Part shown: positions 10,901 to 18,546 of the stretch, one piece after another
Layout of the letters: each line of letters begins with the position of its first letter
Numbering within the stretch: position 1 is the stretch's first letter
Assembly: GCA_020847715.1 (NCBI GenBank)
Contig: JADLBM010000014.1
Span: 14,420-78,419 of the forward strand
Direction: 5' to 3'
Length of the DNA: 64,000 bases
Origin: Candidatus Yanofskybacteria bacterium
GTDB taxonomy: Bacteria > Patescibacteriota > Minisyncoccia > 2-02-FULL-40-12 > GWA2-44-9
Translations under genes and position numbers: made by a program
The notes under the pieces: generated by a model
Seen by the model: only the letters and a program-made list of their open reading frames with translations
Databases searched by the model: none
Told to the model about the DNA's origin: nothing

Positions 10901-10985
10901 TTGGAATGCCCGATGCGATGACCGTGATTGCCGCTCCTGCGCGCTTCGTGCAGGAATGAAGGGGTTGCCGCCTGCTTCGATATAA
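7974..10985 (+). CDS. ATP-dependent helicase/nuclease: UvrD/PcrA-like SF1 helicase fused to a C-terminal PD-(D/E)xK (Cas4/AddB-type) nuclease domain
   Basis: Walker A GPGTGKT, and UvrD motifs TFHSFC and VDEHQDTN. The C-terminus has CPWRY…DYKTG…CDDRDCRSC, a four-Cys nuclease signature. Start re-set to MPTTPEF. Confidence 0.85.
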   Translation: MPTTPEFERRYGMLNPRQKEAVDAIDGPVMVIAGPGTGKTTILTLRIANILTKTDTPPDAILALTFTESGAAEMKARLAVFIGTDAYRVTMTTFHSFCNGIIQEYPESFGALAGAASLAETDQAVLVQELIDTTAGLELLRPVNAPDLYLKAVLASINTLKREDVEPERLRQIAEQQERAVMTADDVYHEKGAYKGTMKGVYSDALKQASKLKELAAVYQAYQHALRERKLYDYNDMVMEVARTLRTDEELRLLLQERYHYFLVDEHQDTNNAQNTVIELLASFWERPNLFVVGDAKQAIYRFQGASTENFTYFQNKYQEVRLIELDANYRSSQALLDAAHGVRPSGGDGLHAQSAHPDALISLLACSDPDAQSWIVTQRIREYIEQGTPPEQIAVLYRDNADGLALAEFLQRANIPYAISATRDMTADPLMRQLLAILDAAAQFGSAEALYPALHAPVLAIDPLDLYKLIDACRQGRNPYDVMRSPALMHQAGIDDVPRMQALAASLARWSRQMRQPTAAETLELVVRESGVLDAAVADADSHDRLALLHGLYDRIRSHVQRDRALTLAAFVEHLAFLRERGISLTAKGGGVAPGKVRLMTAHKSKGLEFDVVVLIDCVDGHWGSRTRRSLIKLPPEVFAKPAGAVPSAPEGDDEERNLFYVALTRARRQVILALPERDRDGNEQLPARYIADIRPELVVRPEMAAAEEAWTAARAVRFAAAPERAAQIGEKAFLNDLFTRQGLSVTALNNYLACPWRYFYSNLVRIPEAPAFALMYGNAVDRALQEYFDKLREGERGTKAELCAIFERFLADQPLQTVELARARARGIAALSAYYDRYHSEWHANIINQLRIPAVELADGLILNGKIDKVELLDASGAVRVIDYKTGAPKSRGHIAGTTKSGDGNYLRQLVFYKLLLDRWQNGRYRTGVGVIDFVEPDERGKLHREEFALTPAMVSELEAIIQRVAQEIRELTFWNARCDDRDCRSCALRAGMKGLPPASI

Positions 10986-10988
10986 AAA

Positions 10989-11012
10989 CGACCCCGCGCG
11001 AAGCGCGGGGCG
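10989..11012. terminator. bidirectional terminator hairpin (ccccgcgc-gaag-cgcgggg)
   Basis: Perfect GC stem-loop between the helicase and small minus-strand ORFs. Confidence 0.55.
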
Positions 11013-11023
11013 GTGAAGAACTG

Positions 11024-11140
11024 GCTACTTGCTGGGCGAGGACGCTCGGCAGAGCTTCTTCTGGATGGGTCTGCGAACCAGCGCCCACCACAGGATGCGC
11101 ATGCCGATTGCGGCGAGCGCGACGGCGACGATCCAGGTCA
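11024..11140 (-). CDS. possible small membrane peptide (MTWIVAVALAAIGMRILWWALVRRPIQKKLCRASSPSK)
   Basis: Read by eye. Single TM helix plus basic tail. Below the ORF-track size cutoff. Confidence 0.3.
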
Positions 11141-11150
11141 TGTTCTCCTC

Positions 11151-11342
11151 CTACTGCCGGAGCAGGTTCTGGAGACGGGCAGCTTCCGCTTCCTCCTGCT
11201 GTCGGCGCACCTTCGCGGCGTGCTCGGCGGTGTAGGTCCGCCGCGCCCACCGACTCAACGACACGGCGGCGAAGACGGCTCCTGCGATGAGCGGGAACGC
11301 GACGGCGGTGACCGCCGCCACCTTCTTTTGGCCCTCGGTCAT
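11151..11342 (-). CDS. possible small membrane protein (63 aa, MTEGQKKVAAVTAVAFPLIAGAVFAAVSL…)
   Basis: Internal ATG of ORF 11151..11699. One TM helix plus a charged coiled tail. Confidence 0.35.
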   Translation of the reverse strand: MTEGQKKVAAVTAVAFPLIAGAVFAAVSLSRWARRTYTAEHAAKVRRQQEEAEAARLQNLLRQ

Positions 11343-11412
11343 ACGACCTCCTTCGAAATCCATTATAGCATATACAACAGAAAAGTCAACTATCACGCAA
11401 CCGGACCACCCG

Positions 11413-11492
11413 GCCCCTGGAAGGGTCAGTTGCTGTACCAAAGCCGAGCGGACAGCGATGGCGGCGTTACGCACTCTGACCCGAGTAGGGGC
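11413..11492 (+). repeat. copy 1 of a conserved ~60-nt structured element (core …TCAGTTGCTGTACCAAAGCCGAGCGGACAGCGA…TTACGCACTCTGAC…), enclosed by the stem gcccct/aggggc
   Basis: Near-identical to 58061..58145. Two nested internal stems (GUCAG/CUGAC, GCUGU/ACAGC) plus a distinct but complementary outer stem. Confidence 0.6.
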
Positions 11493-11570
11493 TGGGTGGG
11501 GAGGAGGCGTGAGCGACCGTCCACATGTGCGGCGTTGGCGCCTGTAACAGGTTGCGCTATACTGGGGTAC

Positions 11571-13586
11571 GTGAAGATCATCAACGTCCTGAAGGACGAT
11601 ACGCTCGCAGAGATCCTCGATCTGTTCCGGCAGGCACCTGCCGGCGAGGTCATCCTCGTCTTGCCCCGTGTCGGCAAGCTCTTTCGTACCGAAGACCACT
11701 TTGCGGCGTTCGCATCGGAGGCCTCACAGGGCGGAAAAACCGTTTCCTTGCTGACTGCGAACGCAACCACCGCGCAACTAGCGCGGAAGTTCGGATTTAC
11801 GGTTATGGCGTCGGGAAATGTGAAAAAGCCCGTTGCGGTGAAGGGAAAGAAGAAGGCGACCGCGCCCACTGCTCAGCTTGCGACCGCGCCGCTTCCCGCG
11901 GATGACGACATTCAAGACTTCGGAGACAACGCCGATCTTGGCGATGTTGTCCTCCCTTCGGATCAAACGATGGGCATTAGTCCGAGCGGCTCCGATGAAG
12001 TAGATCCCCTCCACGGCATGACGCTCCTCGATGAAGAGGGGAATCCAGTAGACGAGAACGAAGATGGGGAGCCCGACCAGCCCGACAACGACGACCTCAC
12101 CATCGGCGACGAATCGGCCGACCTGCTTGCGGCGTCCGAGGATGCGCCCACCGCAACGCTCGCTGCCGCAGTCGATGGCATCCGGCACGGCACCACTCGG
12201 AAAACCATCACACCCGCCGCTCGAGCAGAGCGTCCCATGAGGGTACCCGTTCAGCGTAGTGCCGCTCGCGATGACCTCGACTACATCGACGCCATGTGGC
12301 GCGATAAGGTTGGCCGCTCTTCGGCCCGCCCGCTCGCATCCTCACGACTTGCGGCGCGCATCCCGTCGTTCCTATCGCGCGTATTCGGAGGTGCGGCGCG
12401 TTCGCTAGGCACCGTTCCGACATCAAAGCGTGTGGCTGCTGGTATGTTAGGGGGCACCATCATTGTTCTCGCGGCTGTCGTCTATATGGTGACCGGTTCC
12501 GCACGGGTTTCCCTTGTTCCGGTTGCGCACTCGGTGGATGCTCAATACACCGTGCAGGCATCGGATGTCTTTTCGAGCATCGACGACACATTCCTGAAGA
12601 TTCCGGGGCAGCTCCTCGAGGTCAGCAAGACGCAGTCCGTTACGGTTCCTGCAACGGGTACGCGGGATGTTGCCTCGAAGGCACGGGGGAGCATCGTCAT
12701 TTCCAACGAGTACTCGTCATCCCCGCAAACGCTCATCGCTACCACCCGTTTCCGCTCCGAGGACGGCCACATCTTCCGCACGCTCCAGTCGGTCGTCGTC
12801 CCTGGAAGCACCATGGAAGCCGGAAAGCCGGTTGCGGGGACGGTTCGTGTTGAGGTTATCGCCGACAAGCCGGGTCCGGAATACAATGTTCCCGCTGGAA
12901 AGTTTGTCATTGCGGCATTCCTCGAGAAGGGCGACACCGAGAAGGCCGGCAAGCTGTACGGAACGTCGTTACAGACGATGTCTGGCGGCGCGAGCGGACC
13001 GTCCAAAGTCGTCACGCAAGCTGATTTTGACCAAGCCAAAGCGCTCGCAACGGCGGGTGTAAAAGAACAGATCAAAGCCGCGCTTGCCGCGCAGGGGAGC
13101 ACGCTCATGGTCATTCAAGCGGATGCGCCCACGTTCGCAGAGGCGCAGGCGACTGCCCAGCCGGATGACGCGGCAGAAACCGTCACCGTCACCGCATCCG
13201 CGCGACTCAAGACCATCGCATTCCGAGCGGAAGACCTCAACGAGCTCATCCGCCGATTTGCGCTGAAGAAGGATCGTCTTGTTGTCGATCCTGGAGCACT
13301 CAAGGCTGAATACACCGAGGTGCGCTTCAAGGAGGACATGGGGATTTTGAGTTTCACACTCTCGCTGACCGGCTCTGGCTATCAGCCGATTGACGTATCG
13401 GCAATTCAGAAGGATGTCGCTGGCAAGAATGGCAGTGAGATTCGTGAGTATTTCCGCCAACAGAGCGAGATTCAGTCTGCCACCATCACGCTGTCGCCAT
13501 TCTGGGTGCGAAGTGCGCCTGCAAAATCGGGCAGAATCCACGTCGATATCGTATTCCCAGCCGAAGGCGAGACATCCACGGAATAG
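11571..13586 (+). CDS. large hypothetical membrane protein (~670 aa): cytoplasmic N-domain, one TM helix, large extracytoplasmic domain
   Basis: Long ORF. The first in-frame start after the upstream stops is GTG at 11571 (VKIINVLKDD…). TM segment LGGTIIVLAAVVYMV. No recognisable catalytic motif. Confidence 0.55.
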   Translation: MKIINVLKDDTLAEILDLFRQAPAGEVILVLPRVGKLFRTEDHFAAFASEASQGGKTVSLLTANATTAQLARKFGFTVMASGNVKKPVAVKGKKKATAPTAQLATAPLPADDDIQDFGDNADLGDVVLPSDQTMGISPSGSDEVDPLHGMTLLDEEGNPVDENEDGEPDQPDNDDLTIGDESADLLAASEDAPTATLAAAVDGIRHGTTRKTITPAARAERPMRVPVQRSAARDDLDYIDAMWRDKVGRSSARPLASSRLAARIPSFLSRVFGGAARSLGTVPTSKRVAAGMLGGTIIVLAAVVYMVTGSARVSLVPVAHSVDAQYTVQASDVFSSIDDTFLKIPGQLLEVSKTQSVTVPATGTRDVASKARGSIVISNEYSSSPQTLIATTRFRSEDGHIFRTLQSVVVPGSTMEAGKPVAGTVRVEVIADKPGPEYNVPAGKFVIAAFLEKGDTEKAGKLYGTSLQTMSGGASGPSKVVTQADFDQAKALATAGVKEQIKAALAAQGSTLMVIQADAPTFAEAQATAQPDDAAETVTVTASARLKTIAFRAEDLNELIRRFALKKDRLVVDPGALKAEYTEVRFKEDMGILSFTLSLTGSGYQPIDVSAIQKDVAGKNGSEIREYFRQQSEIQSATITLSPFWVRSAPAKSGRIHVDIVFPAEGETSTE

Positions 13587-13590
13587 GCCG

Positions 13591-13619
13591 TTGACAGCCT
13601 GAAAGGGGTCTGCTATCAT
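13591..13619 (+). promoter_or_regulatory. sigma70 consensus-like promoter (TTGACA-17-TATCAT) for the infA-ribosomal operon
   Basis: Exact -35 hexamer, 17-nt spacer, good -10, ~55 nt upstream of infA. Confidence 0.55.
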
Positions 13620-13674
13620 GGCCTAGCTTTGTTGCTCTGCCTCAGTGGCAGACTTCGGGCTTTTGTAAGCACCC

Positions 13675-13887
13675 TTGAGCGACCAGAAAAAGCAAAAAGT
13701 CATCGGCACCGTCATTGAGGCGTTGCCCGACGCCACGTTCCGCGTCCAGCTCGACGACGGAACCGTTGTGCTGGCATACTTAGCGGGCCGCATGCGGCTT
13801 CACTATGTCAAAGTTATGCTCAGCGACAAGGTGACCCTCGAGCTGAGCCCCGACCGCACCCGTGGCCGGATCGTATATCGCAACTGA
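13675..13887 (+). CDS. infA: translation initiation factor IF-1
   Basis: 70 aa, S1-like. [34 protein letters not shown]…GRIVYR aligns with IF-1. TTG start. Confidence 0.85.
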   Translation: MSDQKKQKVIGTVIEALPDATFRVQLDDGTVVLAYLAGRMRLHYVKVMLSDKVTLELSPDRTRGRIVYRN

Positions 13888-13897
13888 GTCTTCTGCT

Positions 13898-14011
13898 GTG
13901 AAAGTACGCGCTTCTGTAAAACCGATGTGCAAGAACTGTAAACTCGTACGGCGCAAAAAGCGCTTGTATTGTGTGTGCAAGATTGCAAAGCACAAGCAGC
14001 GTCAGGGATAA
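13898..14011 (+). CDS. rpmJ: 50S ribosomal protein L36
   Basis: Read by eye: 37-aa [37 protein letters not shown], the classic L36 zinc ribbon. GTG start. Below the ORF-track size cutoff. Confidence 0.85.
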   Translation: MKVRASVKPMCKNCKLVRRKKRLYCVCKIAKHKQRQG

Positions 14012-14029
14012 CACCTATTTCAATTCCAC

Positions 14030-14416
14030 ATGCCCCGTATTTTCGGTGTCACGATTCCAGATAATAAGAAGATCCTGTACTCCTTGCCGTACCTGTTTGG
14101 CATTGGGTTGACGACCGCGGGGGTCATCTTGAAGAGCGCGGGTATCGACCCGACCAAGAAGGCCAGCGAACTGTCGGGTGAAGAGCTCGGAAAGATCCAA
14201 AAGATCATCGAGCGCGCATACAAGATCGAGGGAGACCTTCGCAAGGAGATCGGTTCCAACATCAAACACTACCGTGAGACGGGGACCTGGCGCGGCTCGC
14301 GCCTCGCTCGCCGCCTGCCGGTGAAGGGCCGCAGTAAGACCAACAGTCGCACGACGCGCGGAAACGTTCGCCGGACGATGGGTTCCGGTCGCGCGAAGGC
14401 AGCTGAGAAGACATGA
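14030..14416 (+). CDS. rpsM: 30S ribosomal protein S13
   Basis: MPRIFGVTIPDNKKI…, canonical S13. Confidence 0.95.
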   Translation: MPRIFGVTIPDNKKILYSLPYLFGIGLTTAGVILKSAGIDPTKKASELSGEELGKIQKIIERAYKIEGDLRKEIGSNIKHYRETGTWRGSRLARRLPVKGRSKTNSRTTRGNVRRTMGSGRAKAAEKT

Positions 14417-14424
14417 TCTGACAT

Positions 14425-14859
14425 ATGGGAAAGAGGACTATCATCACAAAAGAAGGAGAATCCGCCGCCCCCGAGGCTGCTGCAGCTCCCGCACGCAAGA
14501 GCGCCAAGAAGCAGGTGCTCAACGGTGTCGTGCACATCAATATTTCGTACAACAACACGCTCATCGCCGTGTCTGATTTGGCTGGCAATGTTATCGCATT
14601 CTCCAGCGCCGGCCTTTTGGGCTTCAAGGGGAGCAAGAAGTCCACACCGTACGCCGCCAACCTCGTCGCAAAGGATGCCGTTGAGAAGGCAAAGCGGTTT
14701 GGTCTTACCAATGTTCGCATCGTGGTAAAGGGCGTCGGTCCGGCTCGTGAGAGCGCCGTCCGCGGTGTCGCCGGTACGGGTCTCAACATCACTTCACTGA
14801 TGGATACCACGCCGGTTCCGCATAATGGCGTGAAGTCTCCGAAGCCTCGCCGCATCTAG
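14425..14859 (+). CDS. rpsK: 30S ribosomal protein S11
   Basis: Canonical S11 core (VHINISYNNTLIAVSD…). Confidence 0.95.
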   Translation: MGKRTIITKEGESAAPEAAAAPARKSAKKQVLNGVVHINISYNNTLIAVSDLAGNVIAFSSAGLLGFKGSKKSTPYAANLVAKDAVEKAKRFGLTNVRIVVKGVGPARESAVRGVAGTGLNITSLMDTTPVPHNGVKSPKPRRI

Positions 14860-14871
14860 CAATTTCTACAC

Positions 14872-15516
14872 ATGGCACGTTACCTCGGACCAAAAGAAAA
14901 GATCGAACGACGACTGGGCGAACGCCTCGGGTTGAAGGGTGAGCGCAGCAACTCACCGAAGTCAGCTCTCGTGAAGCGCCCGTATCCGCCCGGCCAGCAC
15001 GGCAGCGGACGTCGTCCCCGAAAGCTCTCTGAATTCGGTACCCAGCTGCGCAGCAAGCAGAAGGTCCGCCAGATGTACCGCCTCCTTGAGAAGCCGTTCA
15101 AAGCATATGTGAAGAAGGCGCTCGAGAATGTGAAGCGCGAATCCCCGTACATCGGTGTGGTGCGCTCACTGGAAACCCGCCTCGACAATGTCGTCTTCCG
15201 GATGGGTATCGCACAGTCCCGCGATCAGGCTCGCCAGATCGTCGGTCACGGCCACATCACGGTGAACGGCAAGCGCGCGAAGACTCCTTCGTACGTGGTC
15301 CGCATTGGTGATGTCGTCGGTGTTCGCGAGCAGTCGAAGGCGTCCCCATACTTCACCGCCCTGTTGCCCCGCTGGTTCGCCACCTATGTCGTTCCTGAGT
15401 GGCTCGAGGTCGATAAGACCAAGCTCACCGGTTCGCTGAAGGCGATTCCGACGGCAGATCAGAGCGGCGTTCAGTCAGGCGACCTGCAGGCACTCATCGA
15501 GTATTACAGTCGGTAA
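14872..15516 (+). CDS. rpsD: 30S ribosomal protein S4
   Basis: MARYLGPKEKIERRLG…, canonical S4. Confidence 0.95.
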   Translation: MARYLGPKEKIERRLGERLGLKGERSNSPKSALVKRPYPPGQHGSGRRPRKLSEFGTQLRSKQKVRQMYRLLEKPFKAYVKKALENVKRESPYIGVVRSLETRLDNVVFRMGIAQSRDQARQIVGHGHITVNGKRAKTPSYVVRIGDVVGVREQSKASPYFTALLPRWFATYVVPEWLEVDKTKLTGSLKAIPTADQSGVQSGDLQALIEYYSR

Positions 15517-15606
15517 CCATAATCTGCGTCCTCAGCGACGGTTCCGCGAGTCCCCACCCAGTAACCTCCTTCCCTCGCGATTCCCGACCCGAGTCCGCAT
15601 GCAGTC

Positions 15607-16344
15607 ATGATCCAGCTCCCCGAAGCAATCAGCGTAGTGAAGAAAGAAGGAAATGTTGCCGTCTTCGAGATCGGTCCGTTGATGCCGGGCTATGGAGCTA
15701 CGGTCGCAAACCCGCTCCGCCGCGTGCTGCTCTCGTCCCTCGAGGGCGGTGCGGTCACCTCGCTGAAAATCAAGGGTATCGACCATGAGTTCGCCGCGAT
15801 TCCGGGCGTCCATGAGGATATCATCCAGATCATCCTGAATCTCAAGAAGCTCCGCTTCCGCGTCTTCACCGACGAGCCGGTTCTTCTGAACATCGTCGCA
15901 AAGGGTGAGACCACCGTTACCGGCGAAGACATCCAGCTTACATCGGATGTCGAGCTCTGCAATCCGGAGCAGGCCATCTGCACGCTTACCGACAAGAAGA
16001 TTACGCTCGAGATGGAGCTCACGGTCCAGAAGGGTCGTGGGTATGTGTCCGTGGAGCAGCGCCAGAAGGAGAAGCTCCCCATCGGCGTTATGGCCGTGGA
16101 TGCCGCCTTTTCGCCCGTCCGCGTGGTAAACTTCACCATCGAAGATGTCCGCGTCGGGCAGCGCATCGACTTCAACAAGGTCGTTATGGAGGTGCAGACC
16201 GACGGTTCCATCCAGCCCGAGCAGGCGATGAAAGAAGCGGCGACCATTTTGGCCGACCACTTCAATGTCGTCGCCCAGATCGCGGTGCCGGAACCGGAGG
16301 CAAAGCCCGCCAAAAAGGCCAAGAAAGCGAAGAAGAGCGAGTAA
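15607..16344 (+). CDS. rpoA: DNA-directed RNA polymerase subunit alpha, N-terminal domain only (245 aa, no alpha-CTD)
   Basis: Alpha-NTD dimerisation and assembly motifs. Ends in a Lys/Ala-rich tail. rplQ starts 39 nt later, so no CTD is encoded here. Confidence 0.9.
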   Translation: MIQLPEAISVVKKEGNVAVFEIGPLMPGYGATVANPLRRVLLSSLEGGAVTSLKIKGIDHEFAAIPGVHEDIIQIILNLKKLRFRVFTDEPVLLNIVAKGETTVTGEDIQLTSDVELCNPEQAICTLTDKKITLEMELTVQKGRGYVSVEQRQKEKLPIGVMAVDAAFSPVRVVNFTIEDVRVGQRIDFNKVVMEVQTDGSIQPEQAMKEAATILADHFNVVAQIAVPEPEAKPAKKAKKAKKSE

Positions 16345-16382
16345 CTGGACTGAAATACTAAGTCGTGATATTGTAAAGCGCC

Positions 16383-16730
16383 ATGAAACGTGGAAGCAAC
16401 AGACTATTCGGCAGGGAATTCCAACAGCGCAAAGCCTTTCTGAAGGCCCTGTTGACGGCACTCGTGAGCCACGGCAAGATCCGCACCACGGTTGCCCGCG
16501 CGAAGTCCATCCGTCCTGCCGCTGAAAAGCTGGTCACGCAGGCGAAGCGCGGTACACTGGCGAGTCGCCGGCTCCTGCTCCGCTCGGTCGGCACCAAGGC
16601 GGCCGCAACGCTCGCCAAGGATATTGCGCCGAAGTTCGCTTCTCGCGCTGGGGGATACACCCGCATCGTGAAGCTCGGCCAGCGCGCATCCGATGGATCG
16701 CCGATGGCAGTCATTGAATTTGTCCAATAG
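16383..16730 (+). CDS. rplQ: 50S ribosomal protein L17
   Basis: Canonical L17 sequence. Confidence 0.95.
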   Translation: MKRGSNRLFGREFQQRKAFLKALLTALVSHGKIRTTVARAKSIRPAAEKLVTQAKRGTLASRRLLLRSVGTKAAATLAKDIAPKFASRAGGYTRIVKLGQRASDGSPMAVIEFVQ

Positions 16731-16733
16731 ACC

Positions 16734-17075
16734 ATGATCGTACACGAGATTGACGCAACCAATCAGTCCCTCGGCCGCATGGCGAGTCGCATCGCGATGA
16801 TGCTGCGCGCCAAAGATACCCCGGGCTGGACTCCGAACATCATGCCGGAGGTTCAGGTGGTCGTACATAACCTCGATAAGGTCGTGTTCAAAGGCACGAA
16901 GGCAACCAGCACCGTCTACTACCGCCACTCGGGATACCCGGGCGGCCTCCGCGAGCGCACGCTCGAGGAGATGTGGGAGCGCAACAAGAAGGAAGTCTTG
17001 CGCCTCGCCGTTCGTGGCATGTTGCCGGAGAACCGCCAGCGCGATCAGCTGCTCAAGAACCTCATCGTCAAATAA
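16734..17075 (+). CDS. rplM: 50S ribosomal protein L13
   Basis: Canonical L13 sequence. Confidence 0.95.
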   Translation: MIVHEIDATNQSLGRMASRIAMMLRAKDTPGWTPNIMPEVQVVVHNLDKVVFKGTKATSTVYYRHSGYPGGLRERTLEEMWERNKKEVLRLAVRGMLPENRQRDQLLKNLIVK

Positions 17076-17080
17076 GCACT

Positions 17081-17623
17081 ATGGCATCCACTGACACCAC
17101 CAACCTGCAGGAACCGACGACCAATCCGACCTTTGTGGACACCGTCCGCGAGGAGGATGATATCGATCTCGGTCCCGTGACGCTCGAAGAGCTCCCCGAG
17201 GGTGCTCGCGAGAAGTACTTCGAAGCCGTCGGCCGCCGCAAGGAGGCTGTTGCCCGCGTCCGCTTGATGACCCGCAAGTCCGGCGATCCGGCGACCGAGG
17301 ATGCCGCACTCATGACGGTCAACGGCAAGGACTATGCCGCATACTTTTTGGATAAGAACCTCATTCTCCGCGTCGAGCAGCCGCTCCGCCGCCTGAAGTC
17401 GCTCCAGCGCTTCAAGGTGAGCGCAAGGGTGCAGGGTGGTGGTATCTCCGGACAGGCTGATGCGGTTCGCCACGGTATCTCCCGCACGCTCGAGCTCTTC
17501 GACGCGAACTTCCGCAAGAAGCTCAAGAAGGCAGGATTCCTCACCCGCGACTCCCGCAAGGTGGAGCGCAAGAAGCCGGGGCTCAAAAAAGCACGAAAAG
17601 GACCCCGCTGGGCGAAACGATAA
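17081..17623 (+). CDS. rpsI: 30S ribosomal protein S9 (with an N-terminal extension)
   Basis: C-terminal GGGISGQADAVRHGISRTL…KKPGLKKARKGPRWAKR is canonical S9. Start re-set to MASTDTT. Confidence 0.9.
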   Translation: MASTDTTNLQEPTTNPTFVDTVREEDDIDLGPVTLEELPEGAREKYFEAVGRRKEAVARVRLMTRKSGDPATEDAALMTVNGKDYAAYFLDKNLILRVEQPLRRLKSLQRFKVSARVQGGGISGQADAVRHGISRTLELFDANFRKKLKKAGFLTRDSRKVERKKPGLKKARKGPRWAKR

Positions 17624-17658
17624 CATTCTGGCGATCTGCATTGTTGCAGGTCCGCGAT

Positions 17659-17682
17659 GGCCGACCTTCTGGGTCGGCTTTT
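17659..17682 (+). terminator. rho-independent terminator after rpsI (gccgacc-ttct-gggtcggc-tttt)
   Basis: Hairpin plus T-run directly after the S9 stop. Confidence 0.55.
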
Positions 17683-17915
17683 CGCACGACCCGGTCGGCA
17701 TCGCTCTCCGGTCCTCCCTCACCGTATGCCCGATACGGCTCGGTTCGGTCCTCGCCTGCGCCTCGCATCTCATCCAGAATGTTACGTTTCGGAAGATGCT
17801 CACCACTCGCTCGGACCTCGTCGGGGTCGAAGCGGATTTATCGCTGATTGAGAAAAGCGCGTAGAATGGTTGTAAGCCATTCTACGGTGCGGTATAACGG
17901 TGACGGAGGTGAGGG

Positions 17916-18134
17916 ATGCCAAGCTACGGCATACAGTACCTGGCGGACTACGAGGAGCTCGGGAAGACGACGGAGCGGGTCATTTTTCAGGCAAGAGACG
18001 ACCGGCGAGCTATCCGCAGTTTCTGTCGACGTGCGGCCAACCTGCGTTGCAGACGCGACAACATCGAGGGCGAGATTTTCCTGTTTCGCCTCAATCGTCG
18101 ACACACTGACGGCACCAGAATCGCTATCGCCTAA
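17916..18134 (+). CDS. small hypothetical protein (72 aa): first cassette of the small-gene island
   Basis: Strong SD (ACGGAGGTGAGGG) 5 nt before the ATG. Followed by a terminator at 18141..18168. Confidence 0.4.
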   Translation: MPSYGIQYLADYEELGKTTERVIFQARDDRRAIRSFCRRAANLRCRRDNIEGEIFLFRLNRRHTDGTRIAIA

Positions 18135-18140
18135 CACGTT

Positions 18141-18168
18141 GGCAGAGCCCTTCCCGGGCTCTTTTTAC
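18141..18168 (+). terminator. rho-independent terminator (gagccc-ttcc-cgggctc-ttttt)
   Basis: Perfect hairpin plus T5. Confidence 0.6.
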
Positions 18169-18189
18169 TGCCATTGCCAGCCCCGCTGC

Positions 18190-18495
18190 AGAGTGATAGT
18201 ATTCTAACGCGACTGGAAAGTCTCTGGCGGGGCTGGGGGAAGACTCCAAGAACCCAAGGTCAGCCGTTGGAGTACAGGGACGAGAGGGGATTGCTTCGTA
18301 CGCGAGGCAATAGCCCAGACTGGTAGCTAAGGCAGCTAATCCGGCAGGACCGGAGCCGAAGCTCCAGAGTCGGGGACTTAGACTCCCTACGGGAGTGCAC
18401 TCCGTATAGGGAAGTCCGGACTTAGTCCTCCGCACCAACCGACTGGTACAGTCGCTTCGTACACGCCCGCGCTTCGGCTCGGGCGTCTTTTTATT
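18190..18495 (+). ncRNA. candidate structured non-coding RNA (~300 nt), class unknown. Ends in an intrinsic terminator (cgcccgcgcttcggctcgggcg + T5).
   Basis: No credible ORF on either strand. Bounded by two terminators. Many local hairpins (ggagc-cgaa-gctcc, ctccc-tac-gggag, cgactg-gta-cagtcg, attgc…gcaat). Contains GGAAAGUC and GGGAAGUCCGGAC strings. Confidence 0.35.
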
Positions 18496-18546
18496 TGCAT
18501 ATTTACTTTCTCGAAGATTAGTGGTATAAAAGCTGCGGAGGCTCCT

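Noticed and set aside
11013-11570. N-terminal 186 codons of the listed 857-aa ORF 11013..13586
   Set aside because: This stretch overlaps two small minus-strand genes, a terminator and the repeat element, and is Arg/Gly-rich. The real gene most plausibly starts at the GTG near 11571, though its exact start is uncertain.
18190-18495. Assigning the candidate ncRNA to RNase P RNA or tmRNA
   Set aside because: Only partial P4-like strings (GGAAAGUC / GGGAAGUCCGGAC) are present. There is no canonical P4 pairing partner, no tRNA-like T-arm/CCA end and no tag reading frame, so the class is left open pending a covariance-model search.
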